64,000 nucleotides of DNA from a virus (Duplodnaviria > Caudoviricetes), in the IMG/VR virus record IMGVR_UViG_3300025679_000005, one strand, 5' to 3'. Positions within the stretch are counted from its first letter, which is position 1, and the number at the start of each line of letters is the position of its first letter. Below, piece after piece: positions 21,149 to 31,677 of this stretch. The position numbers and the translations under genes are program-made. The notes below the pieces were generated by a model. The model saw only the letters and a program-made list of their open reading frames with translations, had not been told where the DNA came from and searched no databases.

Positions 21149-21218
21149 ACTTAAGTGTAGACAATAAAGGAATTATTGGACTGCACCAGGAAACCTCTGT
21201 TCGGTGTATGAACACTAG

Positions 21219-21905
21219 GTGATCAACTGGTCTGACCTCTCTCCCAAAGAGCTGGCCTCTGCCATGAGGGCACTCAAGCAGAAGATCCTGTACGCTTGGA
21301 GCCAGAACGAGAACGGTTCCTGGTGTCGCCGTTCTGCCTGGGAGTATGACACCGACCGCTACCCTATCCTCACCGTCAATGACGCTGGCTTGTTCAGAGG
21401 GAAGACAGCCAAAGGTGTCGATGAGCCGTACCCTACCTTAGAAGAAGCTAAGGCCTCTTGGGACAAGTACTACCTAGCCGCCGGCTGGCTGCTACTAGCC
21501 GCCGACGATGGCTCAGGAACGCCTCTGCCCCCGCCCCACACTGACTGGCCTTCCTTGACCGGAAGCGAGTTTGCAGGGGCCATTAGGACGATTCCCAAGC
21601 TGATAGCCTACGCCTGGACGATCGAGTACTACCCCTACTCTGATTCACCTGAAACGCCGTCGTGGGTTCGCCATGACTGCGAAGAATACGGCTATGCTCA
21701 AGCCGCCCACATCAATCTCAATGAAGATGGTCTCTACCGTGGGCCTAGCTACGATCCCGCCACGGGATCCGCACATCCGAATTTCGCTGACTTGGATGAC
21801 TGCAAAGCCGCCCACGATCGCTATTTGATCCAAAACGGCTGGATTTTGAACGACGCTGAAGTAAGGCCCGCGTTAGCCCGCCTCATAGAAGGGATCGGTA
21901 TCTGA
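21219..21905 (+). CDS. Hypothetical protein with internal duplication
   Basis: Two copies of W..L...E.A.A.R.....I.YAW...A...D.Y....GW.L; GGTGTA motif upstream. Confidence 0.7.
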   Translation: MINWSDLSPKELASAMRALKQKILYAWSQNENGSWCRRSAWEYDTDRYPILTVNDAGLFRGKTAKGVDEPYPTLEEAKASWDKYYLAAGWLLLAADDGSGTPLPPPHTDWPSLTGSEFAGAIRTIPKLIAYAWTIEYYPYSDSPETPSWVRHDCEEYGYAQAAHINLNEDGLYRGPSYDPATGSAHPNFADLDDCKAAHDRYLIQNGWILNDAEVRPALARLIEGIGI

Positions 21906-22216
21906 TGAACATTGACTGGAATAGCATCGCCGGGCTCATCAAAATAGCCAGGATCTCGCAAATACCTAAGGCCGCTGTCTTCAGTCGCATGAAGGAAGTG
22001 GCCGACCGACGAAAAGGCCTCGACGAAGACCCCGAGGACGCCGATACCAGGCTCCACGGCATCATCGAAGAAGTCTACGCCATCCCCGTGGCGGAACTAT
22101 CCGCGGTCAAGGAGTGGTTCCTCAGGGAGGCCCAGAAGCTGGACCCCGAAAGTGATGACGAAGACGAGGAAGCTGAGACGCTTCTGAATGAACTAGGACG
22201 CCGAGGGGCGAACTAA
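21905..22216 (+). CDS. Hypothetical acidic protein
   Basis: TGATG-coupled ORF. Confidence 0.65.
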   Translation: MNIDWNSIAGLIKIARISQIPKAAVFSRMKEVADRRKGLDEDPEDADTRLHGIIEEVYAIPVAELSAVKEWFLREAQKLDPESDDEDEEAETLLNELGRRGAN

Positions 22217-22240
22217 ATTCTCCGGCCTGGTGTATATGAC

Positions 22241-22276
22241 CCAGCAACACCCGCTCAGGGGTTCCAATACTGTGAC
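22241..22276 (+). CRISPR. Solitary copy of the array-3 repeat behind a phage promoter
   Basis: CCAGCAACACCCGCTCAGGGGTTCCAATACTGTGAC, 33/36 identical to the array-3 repeat; GGTGTATATG at 22229. Confidence 0.85.
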
Positions 22277-22307
22277 CAGATCCCAGAGCTATTGCTCTGC
22301 AAGTTCC

Positions 22308-25300
22308 TCAGTCATCATCATTGATCAGAGCCCACAGCTGCCGACCAATGCTCATCCCCGACAGATGTTGGCTCCCCACACCCGCCGAGGCCAGCATGCT
22401 CTCATTGTCGAGCCCGTCAGTCGATATCGAGATCTCGACTTTACGCATGAGCAACTCGTACATCTGCTCTTGTAGGGTGTCCTTGAAGACAGCGAAGTGG
22501 ATGCGGGTGTCCTTCTTCTGACCAATACGGTCTACTCGACCGACTGCCTGCCGGAACATGATCGGGCTACACATCGGGTTCTCCATCCACAATTCTGTGG
22601 AGAAGTGGACCAACGAATTCAAACCCGTGCTCACGGAGGCGGGGTTGACAATCAATACCCGGGAATTCTTCTTGACTACGTGCTGCTCTATCCACGTTTG
22701 GCGCTTACTCGTGGGGACGCGGTCAGCATAAAGGATCGGGGCCTTCACCCCTAGGCGCTCCTCAATGAGGCGGGCAATCCTAGGAAGCAACGTCGTGTGC
22801 CAAGCAAAGACCATGGCATTGCGACCCTCGGCCAGTTCCGCCTTGAGGGTGTCGAGCATCCACTGCTCCTTGGCAGAGACCTCGGAAGCTGAGAACTGCT
22901 TACCAGTCGCCACGATCCCAGCGCCCACGGACTCGGGATACCGGATCTCGTAGGTCCCGTCATCGTTATTGCCAGTGTCCGCCGTTGATCGATCCAAGTA
23001 GCTGGGCAGCTCTGACAGCTGGCCGAACAGCTTCCCCGACAGGTCCGGATCGAAGCGATCCTTCTTGATCTGATCCCTCAATGAGGCCAGAAGGGATTTG
23101 TAGCTGCCCAGTAGCTCGGAATCAGCTTCCACCACATGCTTCGTGACAGTGCAGGGCGGGATGTCAATGGCTAGGTCTGCCTTGTGCAAGGTCACAGACA
23201 CGGGCAGGAGGTGCCGGAACAAGAACAGGGGGAGAATGCCAGGGGCATCTCCGGCTGTGCGTTCGCTTCGCTGCACACGATCGGACATGGCCCCGAAGGC
23301 TACGACCTCCCCAGACTCCTTATCCTTGTCAGAAATGATTCGCTTCCGGTAGCCGTAGCGGTCAATGAACCGTTGGGCATCTTCCCTGGCGAACTCATGC
23401 CGGAAGTCCGGAGACAGCGCCCACATGTTCGTGTACAAGGACTTCGCGTAGCCGTTCATGACAGAGCCGGTCATGAACAGGGTGGGGATACCAAGGCCGG
23501 TTAGAGAATGGTAGGCTTGCGATTGAGCTGAGTCCGCATTAGCTGCCTCATGGCTTTCGTCTAAGCATATGAAGTCAAACAGATTCGGAGAGTATTTGGC
23601 GATGTGCTTCGCCAACGCCACTCGACGGGGTTCGGGTACCGCCTGGAACAAAGCCTCTCCGCATTCTGGGGTCAAGTAGATCTTACCACAAGCAATAAGC
23701 CCCGTAAGGATGGCCTCAGCAAGGTCTAGACTGTTGGCCTCCTTGGCATCTAGGGTCAAAACCCCGTCAGTCCACTTGAGCATCCCCAAATGGGTGTTGT
23801 GACCGTAGGACCTGGCCGCCTTGTAGTACATGTCCCAGCTCTGCCAATTGCTGGTCTCAAATAGTCCGGTCAGCTCCTTTTGGAGTTCCGTTCCCTCTTC
23901 AAGCAGGTAAACCAGGTTCTTCGCCATGTCCTTGATGTAGTATTCCTGGTGTTGGGACAGGATCCGAACATAGCGAGCAATTCGAGCAGGGTCGTAGGCG
24001 GCCATCAACAGCTTGGCGAACAGCTTGGGCAGCTCACCTTCGTTGGTCGAGTTGAGCATCATCTTGGCGAACACGAGATCGGTCATGTGCTCGACGTTGG
24101 CTGGCTGGAACACCCACTCGGGGCGTTCGTCTTTCGGAACCAGTGCGTTCTTGTCGAGGATCCTGTTCAAGTGCACCGTCCTCAGAATGCCCCGAAGGCG
24201 ATGACTCTCAGGGAGGTGCTCTAGAAGCTGCAAGCCGAACGAGTAGGCGGCTAGGCCCAGATCATCCTTGATCGAAATGTCTCTGTTCTCGCAACGAAGG
24301 CGCTTCTTGACGGCATCTTCCTTGGGCAGCTCACCGCCACACTTCGGGCAGCTCTTGGTAACGGCTTCCCAGCCATGGCCTAGCTTGGCCGTTTCCCGGG
24401 ACAGAATCGCCACCAGAAAGCGTTCCGCTGGAATGTCAGCCAATGCCTCGATGTCTCCAATGTCCTTCAAGACCCGCACCTCAGCGTCAGGAAACGTGGC
24501 CGAGGTCTCATTGGTCCAAGAGGTCAGAAGATGAGGCGGGCAAAGGACAAGCATTCTCTTGGCGATTGTCCTAGCGACCGTTAGTGCCAGGCAGCTCTTA
24601 CCACTGCCGATTTCGCCCAAAAGCTGGGCAGATCGATACTTTCTGTCCTTGGCCTTGTTCCCACCCAAAAGCATCACCAACGCCTTGGCTGAGTGCTCCT
24701 GAGCTTTGAAGAGTTTTCTCGCCGTTGGGGCCAAGGTCACCGAGTCCGCATCCCGCTTGGGATCGTACATGACAGGGCACTGTTGCTGCATAACCCCCAT
24801 GAGGCTAGGCCCGTAGTGCTTGAGCAAGTCCTCAATGGTCATTTTCTCGACATCGAGGACTTTCGACTCCCCACCGGATCCCAGGGTCGTGTACTTTTTG
24901 GTACTCAAGTCCAAGATCGTCGTAATCAGCTTCGGCTGCTGAACCTGAACAACCGAGGTCACATCCCCGTCCTTGTTTTTCTTCTCCTCGACGGTGACGA
25001 ACTCCCGATCGAACACTCCCTTGACCAAGAGGTCGGGGAGGCCTTCGGTTTCTGAAGATACCCGGCGACCATTGAACAGCCCTGAGGCGATCCCCGCGGC
25101 AATGTGGGCGGGCCTAGGGGGCGTAGCCAACTTGTACGTCCGGAACATCAGCTCTTCTACGGGAAGCTCAGGGATGATGTGAGGCACCGGGACGTAAGAG
25201 CCCAGGCGATTGCTTTGGGTCCAAGGACGAACCTTCTTCAATAGCCCAATGCGGTCGAAGGCCCGCATGCCCCAATCGGTCGTGTAGACGTTGCTCTGCG

Positions 25301-25988
25301 GCGGTGTGAAGACGATCTCAGTGGGTTCCCCCAAGATCGGCATGTCCTCAACCGACTCCGCCCAGGCTTCTACTTGGGCGATGATAGCGGGGTCTGGACT
25401 CAGCTGGTCAGTGGTTTTGACCGCGAAGAGAACCACCTGCTTGTAGGCGCCAAAATCCGGATCCGGGAATCGAAAGCAGGCAAGGTCGGTAAAGCCCATG
25501 GCAAGGGCCCTGGCTGACGCCCTGAGAGCGTAGTGAGGCACTACGAAGGCCAGAACCCCTCCGTCGGTCAAAGCTCCTTGGAAGCGGTCTAGGAAGCGTT
25601 GTTCGAGACGGCCGTGGACGTGGTCTAGGTCGTAGGGTGGGTTCAAATACAGGAAGTCGATCCCTGGCTTGTTCCAGACGACCTGGAAGGCGTCCCCTCT
25701 CAGGGCTGACTCGTGACTACGCCAGTGTACTTTCGAGGCCTGGATGTTGACCTTCAACGTGGCGTGACGGGTCTTCTCTAGCTCGCAAGTGTAGAGGGTG
25801 AGAAGGCCCAAGGAGGTGCCGAAAGCGGCATTGACAATCCCTAGGACGGCTTCGCCCTCACCCGCACAGGGATCGGCGACCGTGTAGTTGGTGTGCTCGG
25901 CCGTATCCAGTAACGCGGCAATGGCCGGTATCAGGTGCGGAGGAGTTGGGTAAAATCCGGCTAACGCCTGTGCCTCATTTCTCGCCAT
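22308..25988 (-). CDS. N6-adenine methyltransferase-SNF2-type helicase fusion (1226 aa)
   Basis: DPCAGEG and LYLNPPY MTase motifs; GEIGSGKS, LDESHE, MTGS, QAVGRVDRIGQ helicase motifs. Confidence 0.85.
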   Translation of the reverse strand: MARNEAQALAGFYPTPPHLIPAIAALLDTAEHTNYTVADPCAGEGEAVLGIVNAAFGTSLGLLTLYTCELEKTRHATLKVNIQASKVHWRSHESALRGDAFQVVWNKPGIDFLYLNPPYDLDHVHGRLEQRFLDRFQGALTDGGVLAFVVPHYALRASARALAMGFTDLACFRFPDPDFGAYKQVVLFAVKTTDQLSPDPAIIAQVEAWAESVEDMPILGEPTEIVFTPPQSNVYTTDWGMRAFDRIGLLKKVRPWTQSNRLGSYVPVPHIIPELPVEELMFRTYKLATPPRPAHIAAGIASGLFNGRRVSSETEGLPDLLVKGVFDREFVTVEEKKNKDGDVTSVVQVQQPKLITTILDLSTKKYTTLGSGGESKVLDVEKMTIEDLLKHYGPSLMGVMQQQCPVMYDPKRDADSVTLAPTARKLFKAQEHSAKALVMLLGGNKAKDRKYRSAQLLGEIGSGKSCLALTVARTIAKRMLVLCPPHLLTSWTNETSATFPDAEVRVLKDIGDIEALADIPAERFLVAILSRETAKLGHGWEAVTKSCPKCGGELPKEDAVKKRLRCENRDISIKDDLGLAAYSFGLQLLEHLPESHRLRGILRTVHLNRILDKNALVPKDERPEWVFQPANVEHMTDLVFAKMMLNSTNEGELPKLFAKLLMAAYDPARIARYVRILSQHQEYYIKDMAKNLVYLLEEGTELQKELTGLFETSNWQSWDMYYKAARSYGHNTHLGMLKWTDGVLTLDAKEANSLDLAEAILTGLIACGKIYLTPECGEALFQAVPEPRRVALAKHIAKYSPNLFDFICLDESHEAANADSAQSQAYHSLTGLGIPTLFMTGSVMNGYAKSLYTNMWALSPDFRHEFAREDAQRFIDRYGYRKRIISDKDKESGEVVAFGAMSDRVQRSERTAGDAPGILPLFLFRHLLPVSVTLHKADLAIDIPPCTVTKHVVEADSELLGSYKSLLASLRDQIKKDRFDPDLSGKLFGQLSELPSYLDRSTADTGNNDDGTYEIRYPESVGAGIVATGKQFSASEVSAKEQWMLDTLKAELAEGRNAMVFAWHTTLLPRIARLIEERLGVKAPILYADRVPTSKRQTWIEQHVVKKNSRVLIVNPASVSTGLNSLVHFSTELWMENPMCSPIMFRQAVGRVDRIGQKKDTRIHFAVFKDTLQEQMYELLMRKVEISISTDGLDNESMLASAGVGSQHLSGMSIGRQLWALINDDD

Positions 25989-26006
25989 TTGATGTACCTA
26001 ACGGAT

Positions 26007-26843
26007 TCAGGCCGCGAAAGTTAAGCCCTTACGAACGAGCTTGGGTTTTGCCTCAGTGACTTCGAAGAACAACGCCACTTGTTCGGCCAGGAATGCCTCG
26101 AAGTCCGTGTGGTCTGCCCGAAAGGACAGTGCTGTGTGGATCCCGGCATCCTTCAAGCCAACCGCATGGAATCCGTGGCCGGGGTTGTAGCCGAACTTCC
26201 GGTCCCGCTCAGGGTAGCTCATCCTCTCATCGGCGATACTCGCCATGTGCATTTGCAATGCCGCCACCAAAAGCTGCATGTAAAATCGGCCATCGGCTGG
26301 GAGAGGGCAGCGGGTTCGGCGATCAATGTAGGCTGCAAAGAGGCAGGAAACCGCTACTAAATCGGCCAAGCCCTCATCCGTAAGCGGTTGATCAAAGCGC
26401 TTCATGTGGCGAACAGCCGATTCTACGTCGACCTCTTGCTTGGCCACCCAGTGGTTGGGGACGAGCATGACGAACTTGATACCCTCGGGGTCCACCATCC
26501 CCGGATCCAATCGGAACAGCTCAGGATGGTAGATAGTGGCGAAGCTGCCTTCAGCTTCCCGTTGCCAGGAAACGTAGGAGCCAGCCGACTTCAGGAACTC
26601 TAGGCGTTCACCCGCATTCGAGCGACGGTAGCCGCCCTTTGCCGGTTCGGCTTTGCGGCCTAGGCGAAGGTTCATGATGAATGGGCGAAGTTCGTTGTCG
26701 GAGCCGCAGAACATTGCCCAGACGGGCCGGATCTCGGTAGAGCCGCTGGACTCCCAAAGGCCATCGGCCACTACCAAGGCCACGTTGGAGGCCTGGAAGC
26801 TGCGGCCCTTTTTGCCCTTCTGGGGTTCGATTATGTAATCCAC
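26007..26843 (-). CDS. Hypothetical protein co-oriented with the MTase-helicase
   Basis: 278-aa ORF, 18 bp upstream of the fusion gene. Confidence 0.75.
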   Translation of the reverse strand: MDYIIEPQKGKKGRSFQASNVALVVADGLWESSGSTEIRPVWAMFCGSDNELRPFIMNLRLGRKAEPAKGGYRRSNAGERLEFLKSAGSYVSWQREAEGSFATIYHPELFRLDPGMVDPEGIKFVMLVPNHWVAKQEVDVESAVRHMKRFDQPLTDEGLADLVAVSCLFAAYIDRRTRCPLPADGRFYMQLLVAALQMHMASIADERMSYPERDRKFGYNPGHGFHAVGLKDAGIHTALSFRADHTDFEAFLAEQVALFFEVTEAKPKLVRKGLTFAA

Positions 26844-26874
26844 TGAGCACCATAACGGCTAGAGAATCGAAGAC

Positions 26875-27063
26875 TTAAGGGATGTAGGCAGGATCTTTCG
26901 GGTCGTCCGCAGCGATTTTGCCCGTTAGAGGGTTCTTGCGATAGGGGTTGCCGTTGGCGGCTTCGTCTAGACTGCACCCTCCACGAAGGGCTGCCCCTGC
27001 AAAGTCAAGACCATCGTCCCAAGCTCGTTCAAGTAGGCGTATTTTCTCTTCTCGACTCTCCAT
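26875..27063 (-). CDS. Small hypothetical protein
   Basis: GGTGTA motif 9 nt before ATG 27063. Confidence 0.55.
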   Translation of the reverse strand: MESREEKIRLLERAWDDGLDFAGAALRGGCSLDEAANGNPYRKNPLTGKIAADDPKDPAYIP

Positions 27064-27114
27064 GATTTTACTTACACCGGTCCCGGCTACGAATGGTGTA
27101 GAGCCAAGAGCAAA

Positions 27115-27585
27115 ATGAGACAAGCAATCGCGACGCTCCGTGAAGAAGCTAGGCTAATTTACAAGGCCCTGCCCGCTGACGGCTGGGCGGATACTGCGGA
27201 AATGCGGGCGAAGATGATCGCCTCTATCAGCGAGCACTATGAGGCGATTGAGATCCTGGAGCGTCATGCTAGCACACACGAACTAAAGCAAAGAATTCTA
27301 GCCAATGCTCCCGTAGAAGCTCAGAAAGCTAGGGCTATCCGCCTACAGGCTCAGATCGACCGTGTGACAGGGGCGGAACCGGTCGAACCTACAAGTTTTC
27401 GAGGTCTTACTGACCAAGCCGCTGCCGCTCAACGGGCCTCAACCTTCAGGCCGACTTTCAACGAGAGGTTCGAGCGCACTCCTGAAGGGACCATCAACAA
27501 TTGCGCCCTAGTTGTGTGGGAGTCCATAGATTCATGCCAAATCTGCAACGGCAACTGTCCTGACAAGGAAAAGTTCGGAAAATGA
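27115..27585 (+). CDS. Hypothetical protein with C-terminal CxxC..CP
   Basis: ORF with GGTGTA motif at 27095. Confidence 0.65.
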   Translation: MRQAIATLREEARLIYKALPADGWADTAEMRAKMIASISEHYEAIEILERHASTHELKQRILANAPVEAQKARAIRLQAQIDRVTGAEPVEPTSFRGLTDQAAAAQRASTFRPTFNERFERTPEGTINNCALVVWESIDSCQICNGNCPDKEKFGK

Positions 27586-27611
27586 ATTGGAAGGCGTGAG
27601 GTCTTAATTTT

Positions 27612-28088
27612 TTGAACCGAAGGACCGTTAGGAATCACATGAAATCAGTGACTCTACTCAAAAGCTTGACAAATTCCTCTGAGACGTTAGATTCAGGCCA
27701 AAGTGCTCGGTTTGAGCGTGGTCAGGCAAAGTGCCCGGCCGAAGTCCAAAGAGGCTGTCTAAAAACAGACTCAATGAGCAAAACCCTCAAAGAGATGTCT
27801 GCGGACATCAAAAACCTGCGCTTCGCCTTCCCAGTAGAGACTCAGGTCTCGACCTTCGAGGGCGGAATGCTTAAGGCCAATTTCCGAATGGCCCATAAGA
27901 CCGTGGCCGAAGTCACTGTTCGACAGGGTCAAAAGAACGGGCTCCGCCTCTTCGTCGAGATCAACAGCCATGCCAAAGTCATGTCTGTGATCGAAGCTCG
28001 CATCCAGCATCACATCATGGGGGAAGTACTGGCTCTGGCCGGCTTCTTCGAGGTTCAACTCCACGACCGCACCTTCGAAGAGCCCTAG
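27612..28088 (+). CDS. Hypothetical protein
   Basis: 158-aa ORF; start uncertain. Confidence 0.55.
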   Translation: MNRRTVRNHMKSVTLLKSLTNSSETLDSGQSARFERGQAKCPAEVQRGCLKTDSMSKTLKEMSADIKNLRFAFPVETQVSTFEGGMLKANFRMAHKTVAEVTVRQGQKNGLRLFVEINSHAKVMSVIEARIQHHIMGEVLALAGFFEVQLHDRTFEEP

Positions 28089-28480
28089 GCTTCGGGGTCA
28101 AAGACCTCGATGTGGTCGATCCAATGGGAGCCAGCCCCCTTAAGAGCTGCGACGAAGAGGGTTGATGGCCCCGACGTTCCCAAGGCCAAAGCCGGAACCT
28201 TCGTCAGATACGTCAGCACCAGCGGAGCCGATCGCAGGATCGAGATCTCAATCAGTGGTGAGCGTCGCCAAGCCTATGAATCCTACATCGTCCCGGACAT
28301 GGAGTTCTGAGTCAGGGATCCAGCTCAATCTTCTTGAGGCGTCTGCGAGCTAGCTTCGACCGCTCACGCTTGCTAGGCGGGTCCGTAGTGACGACGACCT
28401 CACAGCTCCTCTGTCCGTGAACATGGCAGAATCCGGCCCCGTGGAGTTTCCTCGAAGCTTTGCGGTAGATGTCAGCCATT

Positions 28481-29014
28481 TCAAGTATGAATGATGTGGA
28501 AGGGCTTACGGACGATGCTGGTGTGGTGCTCAGCCGCTTTGAGGGCTCGCAGGAGCCGCTTCCCCGGGGCATCGACCTTCTTCTGAAGGCTGCTCTCGTA
28601 AAGAGACCCTCTGGCTGGAGGCGCTCCCGTGCCGATCGCGTAGTACTTGTTCCGGACTCGCCAAGGGCAGCCATCCCCTTCGACGGAGTAGAGGTTCCCC
28701 TTGATCCCGATGATGCTTTCGCAGTCAGCGAGGAAGCCGTCCTTGGTTAGCTCCTTGAGCGCCTTCCTCAGGGCATCGGTCAGGTGGGTGCTGACCCATT
28801 GGGTGATGTCAGTCTCTGGCACGTCCCCTATTTTCACCCGCTGCCAGATGGACTCCCACTGAGCATCGCCGCAGCAGCCGACGATGATCTGACCTATGCG
28901 AAAGACCTTGGGATCAGCCTGGAGGTCTATGCTGTCATCGGTATTGTCATTGACAGCACTGTCCCCGCCCATCCAGACCCGACCTGATTCAACGATGGCG
29001 GCAATGCATGTCAT
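28481..29014 (-). CDS. HslV/proteasome-like Ntn protease
   Basis: MTCIAAI (catalytic Thr after Met removal), MGGDSA, KVF, GCCGD, AIGTG, ALKAAE motifs. Confidence 0.8.
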   Translation of the reverse strand: MTCIAAIVESGRVWMGGDSAVNDNTDDSIDLQADPKVFRIGQIIVGCCGDAQWESIWQRVKIGDVPETDITQWVSTHLTDALRKALKELTKDGFLADCESIIGIKGNLYSVEGDGCPWRVRNKYYAIGTGAPPARGSLYESSLQKKVDAPGKRLLRALKAAEHHTSIVRKPFHIIHT

Positions 29015-29079
29015 GGGACCTCCACTTTGGCACGTCACAAGAGCAATAGCATTCCCTGTTTTTCCGGTGTATTAGCCTG

Positions 29080-29550
29080 ATGATGGATAGGCCGACCCGA
29101 AATTGCTACCGAGTCTGCATTCAAGTGGCAGTGGAACTTTTAGAGCCACTGAAAGAATGCTTCGACAAAGACGAGGAAATGGATTTCCTCGATAATCTGG
29201 CCGAGGGTTTAGCCAAGTCTGACGACGCCTTCGAAATTGGTGTGGTCATGCATAATTGTGGCTCCTACATCAGTGAGTTCTTCGTAATCGACCTCGTAAA
29301 GGCCGATGTCTACAAAGTCAGGAAGCGGGTTCACGAGGAGCTGCTCCAATGGTGGCTCTTAACCCAAAAGCCGTGCCATAAGATCGGAGACATCTTCCAA
29401 AAGCCCTTCTTTGGAAGCTACAATCGCTACAATGTACTGACCAATCGCCACGTCGTTCGAGAGATCAACTACCAACAGGGCAAGTACGTGTTCGAAGACA
29501 AGACCCAAGTTGATTGGGAGTTAGCGAATACCTGGACGATGGTGCTCTAA
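29080..29550 (+). CDS. Hypothetical protein
   Basis: ORF with GGTGTA motif at 29066. Confidence 0.65.
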   Translation: MMDRPTRNCYRVCIQVAVELLEPLKECFDKDEEMDFLDNLAEGLAKSDDAFEIGVVMHNCGSYISEFFVIDLVKADVYKVRKRVHEELLQWWLLTQKPCHKIGDIFQKPFFGSYNRYNVLTNRHVVREINYQQGKYVFEDKTQVDWELANTWTMVL

Positions 29551-29663
29551 TAGCCTCTTCCTCACCAAGCGATCCAGAGGAGCGCGGACCAGTTCGACAG
29601 TGTCCGCACAGACATCGAGGACGAGCAATACCCCTAAGAGGCCGAAGCTCAAGGCTAAGGACT

Positions 29664-30005
29664 TCACAGTATTTGGTCCTCCATCAGCCGGTCCCAGACG
29701 GAGCGGCCTTCTTCGAGGATGGTCACTACTGGGGTCGAAGGCAGTTGGAAGCTAGGAGGAGGTGCGTAGGGGTACCATGTATTGGCTGTTGCAAAACCCA
29801 AAGGATCCATCGTCGCATTCCTGCGCTGCAACACCGGCACTAATCGATTCAGACCGCTCCAAACAGCGGTATCCACCGCTGTTTGAGCAGCGTAGGATCC
29901 ATCACTAGCAAGTAGCATCAACCCCGCGGTCAACTGGGTGACGCTATTGGTTAGTTCAGAGACCTGAGCCTCCAGCTCTCGTATGCGCTCGTTTTCGTAG
30001 GCCAT
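29664..30005 (-). CDS. Hypothetical protein with RSVWDRL tag
   Basis: Promoter motif 11 nt before ATG; coiled-coil N-terminus. Confidence 0.65.
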   Translation of the reverse strand: MAYENERIRELEAQVSELTNSVTQLTAGLMLLASDGSYAAQTAVDTAVWSGLNRLVPVLQRRNATMDPLGFATANTWYPYAPPPSFQLPSTPVVTILEEGRSVWDRLMEDQIL

Positions 30006-30462
30006 ATCACTGGCTTTACACCGGGAAGTCAGTCCTCAGGAAGGAATCCTGACAAGACTCTTTCGAGAAGACTTGGCCGACGTTCGTGACGCCGCCGCTC
30101 GTTCTTCTCTTTCTTTTCGGCTTTGGCTTCAGCCCGCTTGGCTATCTCTGGGTCCTTGTTCTCCAAGACTCTGTACAGGACCCACTTGCCCTCAACTAGG
30201 GCAATCACAACGGACTTCGCCGGAAACCGCCCCAGCTTCTGAGCGTGCTTTGGACCTTACACCAAAGGCTCTGAGACTCACTCGCCCTATTTCCAAGCCA
30301 ATGGCGATTGTTGCCATCACGAAGAAGGCCGTGGCTTTGATCCAGTTGGGCGGATTGCTCAGATCCATGCTAACATCGGCGCACAATGTCGAGCAAATCC
30401 AGGTGCCGTATTCGGTCTGGGCGTGGAAGAAGGTGCGGTTTTGCCCAAAAAGTCTTGGCGGC

Positions 30463-31677
30463 TCATAAAGACACCCATTCTTCTCTGGACTTCGGCTGAG
30501 AACCTACCTGCCGTAAGGCCTGTAGGTTCTCGTTGACCGCGCTCAAACCGAGCGCTTTAATGTTACACCCCGCATTCTGGTCACGATCCATGACGAGACC
30601 ACACTCGGGGCAATTGTGGATGCGGAACCGTAGTCCCTTGGGGACGACGGTTCCGCACGCATGACACCTCTGTGTAGTTCCTCGTGGATCAACTCCTACC
30701 GCTAACTTACCAGCTTCTTCCGCTTTGCATTTTAGGCAGTGGATTGTAATTGACCAGGACGCATCCGAGATTGATTTCGCTAGATTGATCTTCGGCTTCC
30801 CATCTCTGGAAGGACCTCTGGAAGGACCTGAGATCATCTCCTGAATCGAGAGGTCCTCGTAACAGACGATGTCATTCGTTTCAAAGAGGGACTTAGCCAG
30901 CTTCCTAGCGTGATCTAGCCTCTGATTCTTGATGTGAGCGTGAGCCCGCTGGACTAGGGTCTTGGCCCGTCTCCTAGAGGAGCTGCCACGGCGCTTGCGT
31001 TGCATAGCGCGTTGGCGTTGGGCCAAAAGGTCTTGCCCCGCCTTGAAATAACGAGGATTCTCGATCGTTGTTCCGTCATCAAGGGTACCGAAGTGGGTGA
31101 GTCCTAGGTCAATGCCGACGGACTTCGTGGGGTCGATCACGACCTCAGGGGCTACTCCCAAATCGCACTGGAAGATCACAAACCATTTACCGGCTTCTCT
31201 TCTAACTGAGACATCAAGGATCTCTCCTTTATGGGGCCGATATTGGTTGAATTTGACTAGGCCTAGCTTGGGGATCTTGACTCTGGCAGAGGAAACCCTC
31301 TTGATCTTAGGCTCAATTTTCGTAGTAGTCTGAAGAGCAAACGAGTCGTAGCGCTTGTAGCTACGGAACCGCGGGAAGCCAGGGGCTTCGCCCGTCTTCA
31401 CGCGGCGGAAGAATGCCTTGAAGGCATCGTCTAATCGCTTGAGCGGAGATCGAAGGATCGTGGCTGGGATCGCTTCGAAGTCAGGGTCTTGAGATCGAAT
31501 GATGGTCAGGGACTTCTGTTGATCATAGAGAGTCAGACTCTTTTTGAACTTTAGGTAGTGACTTTTCCGCTCTTCCAGGGCGCCGTTGTAGAGGCTATTG
31601 CACATGAAGAGCCAGTTGGCCATTCTGGCCTCCTGGTCCTTCGTGGGATACAGCGGATAACGAAAAGAGCGAATCAT
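30463..31677 (-). mobile_element. tnpB: IS200/IS605-family TnpB, no tnpA
   Basis: N-terminal FRYPLYPTKDQ HTH, SVGIDLGL, CYEDLSI, VDPRGTTQRCHACG...CPECG...DRDQNAG; hairpin TTTCATGGGC/GCCCATGAAA (31703-31735) upstream. Confidence 0.93.

Noticed and set aside
30456-30466. Mini-array spacer TGTGAGCCGCC resembles the TnpB right junction (TATGAGCCGCC)
   Set aside because: Only 9 contiguous nt, mismatch at seed position 2 and no TBN PAM; expected by chance in 128 kb of both strands
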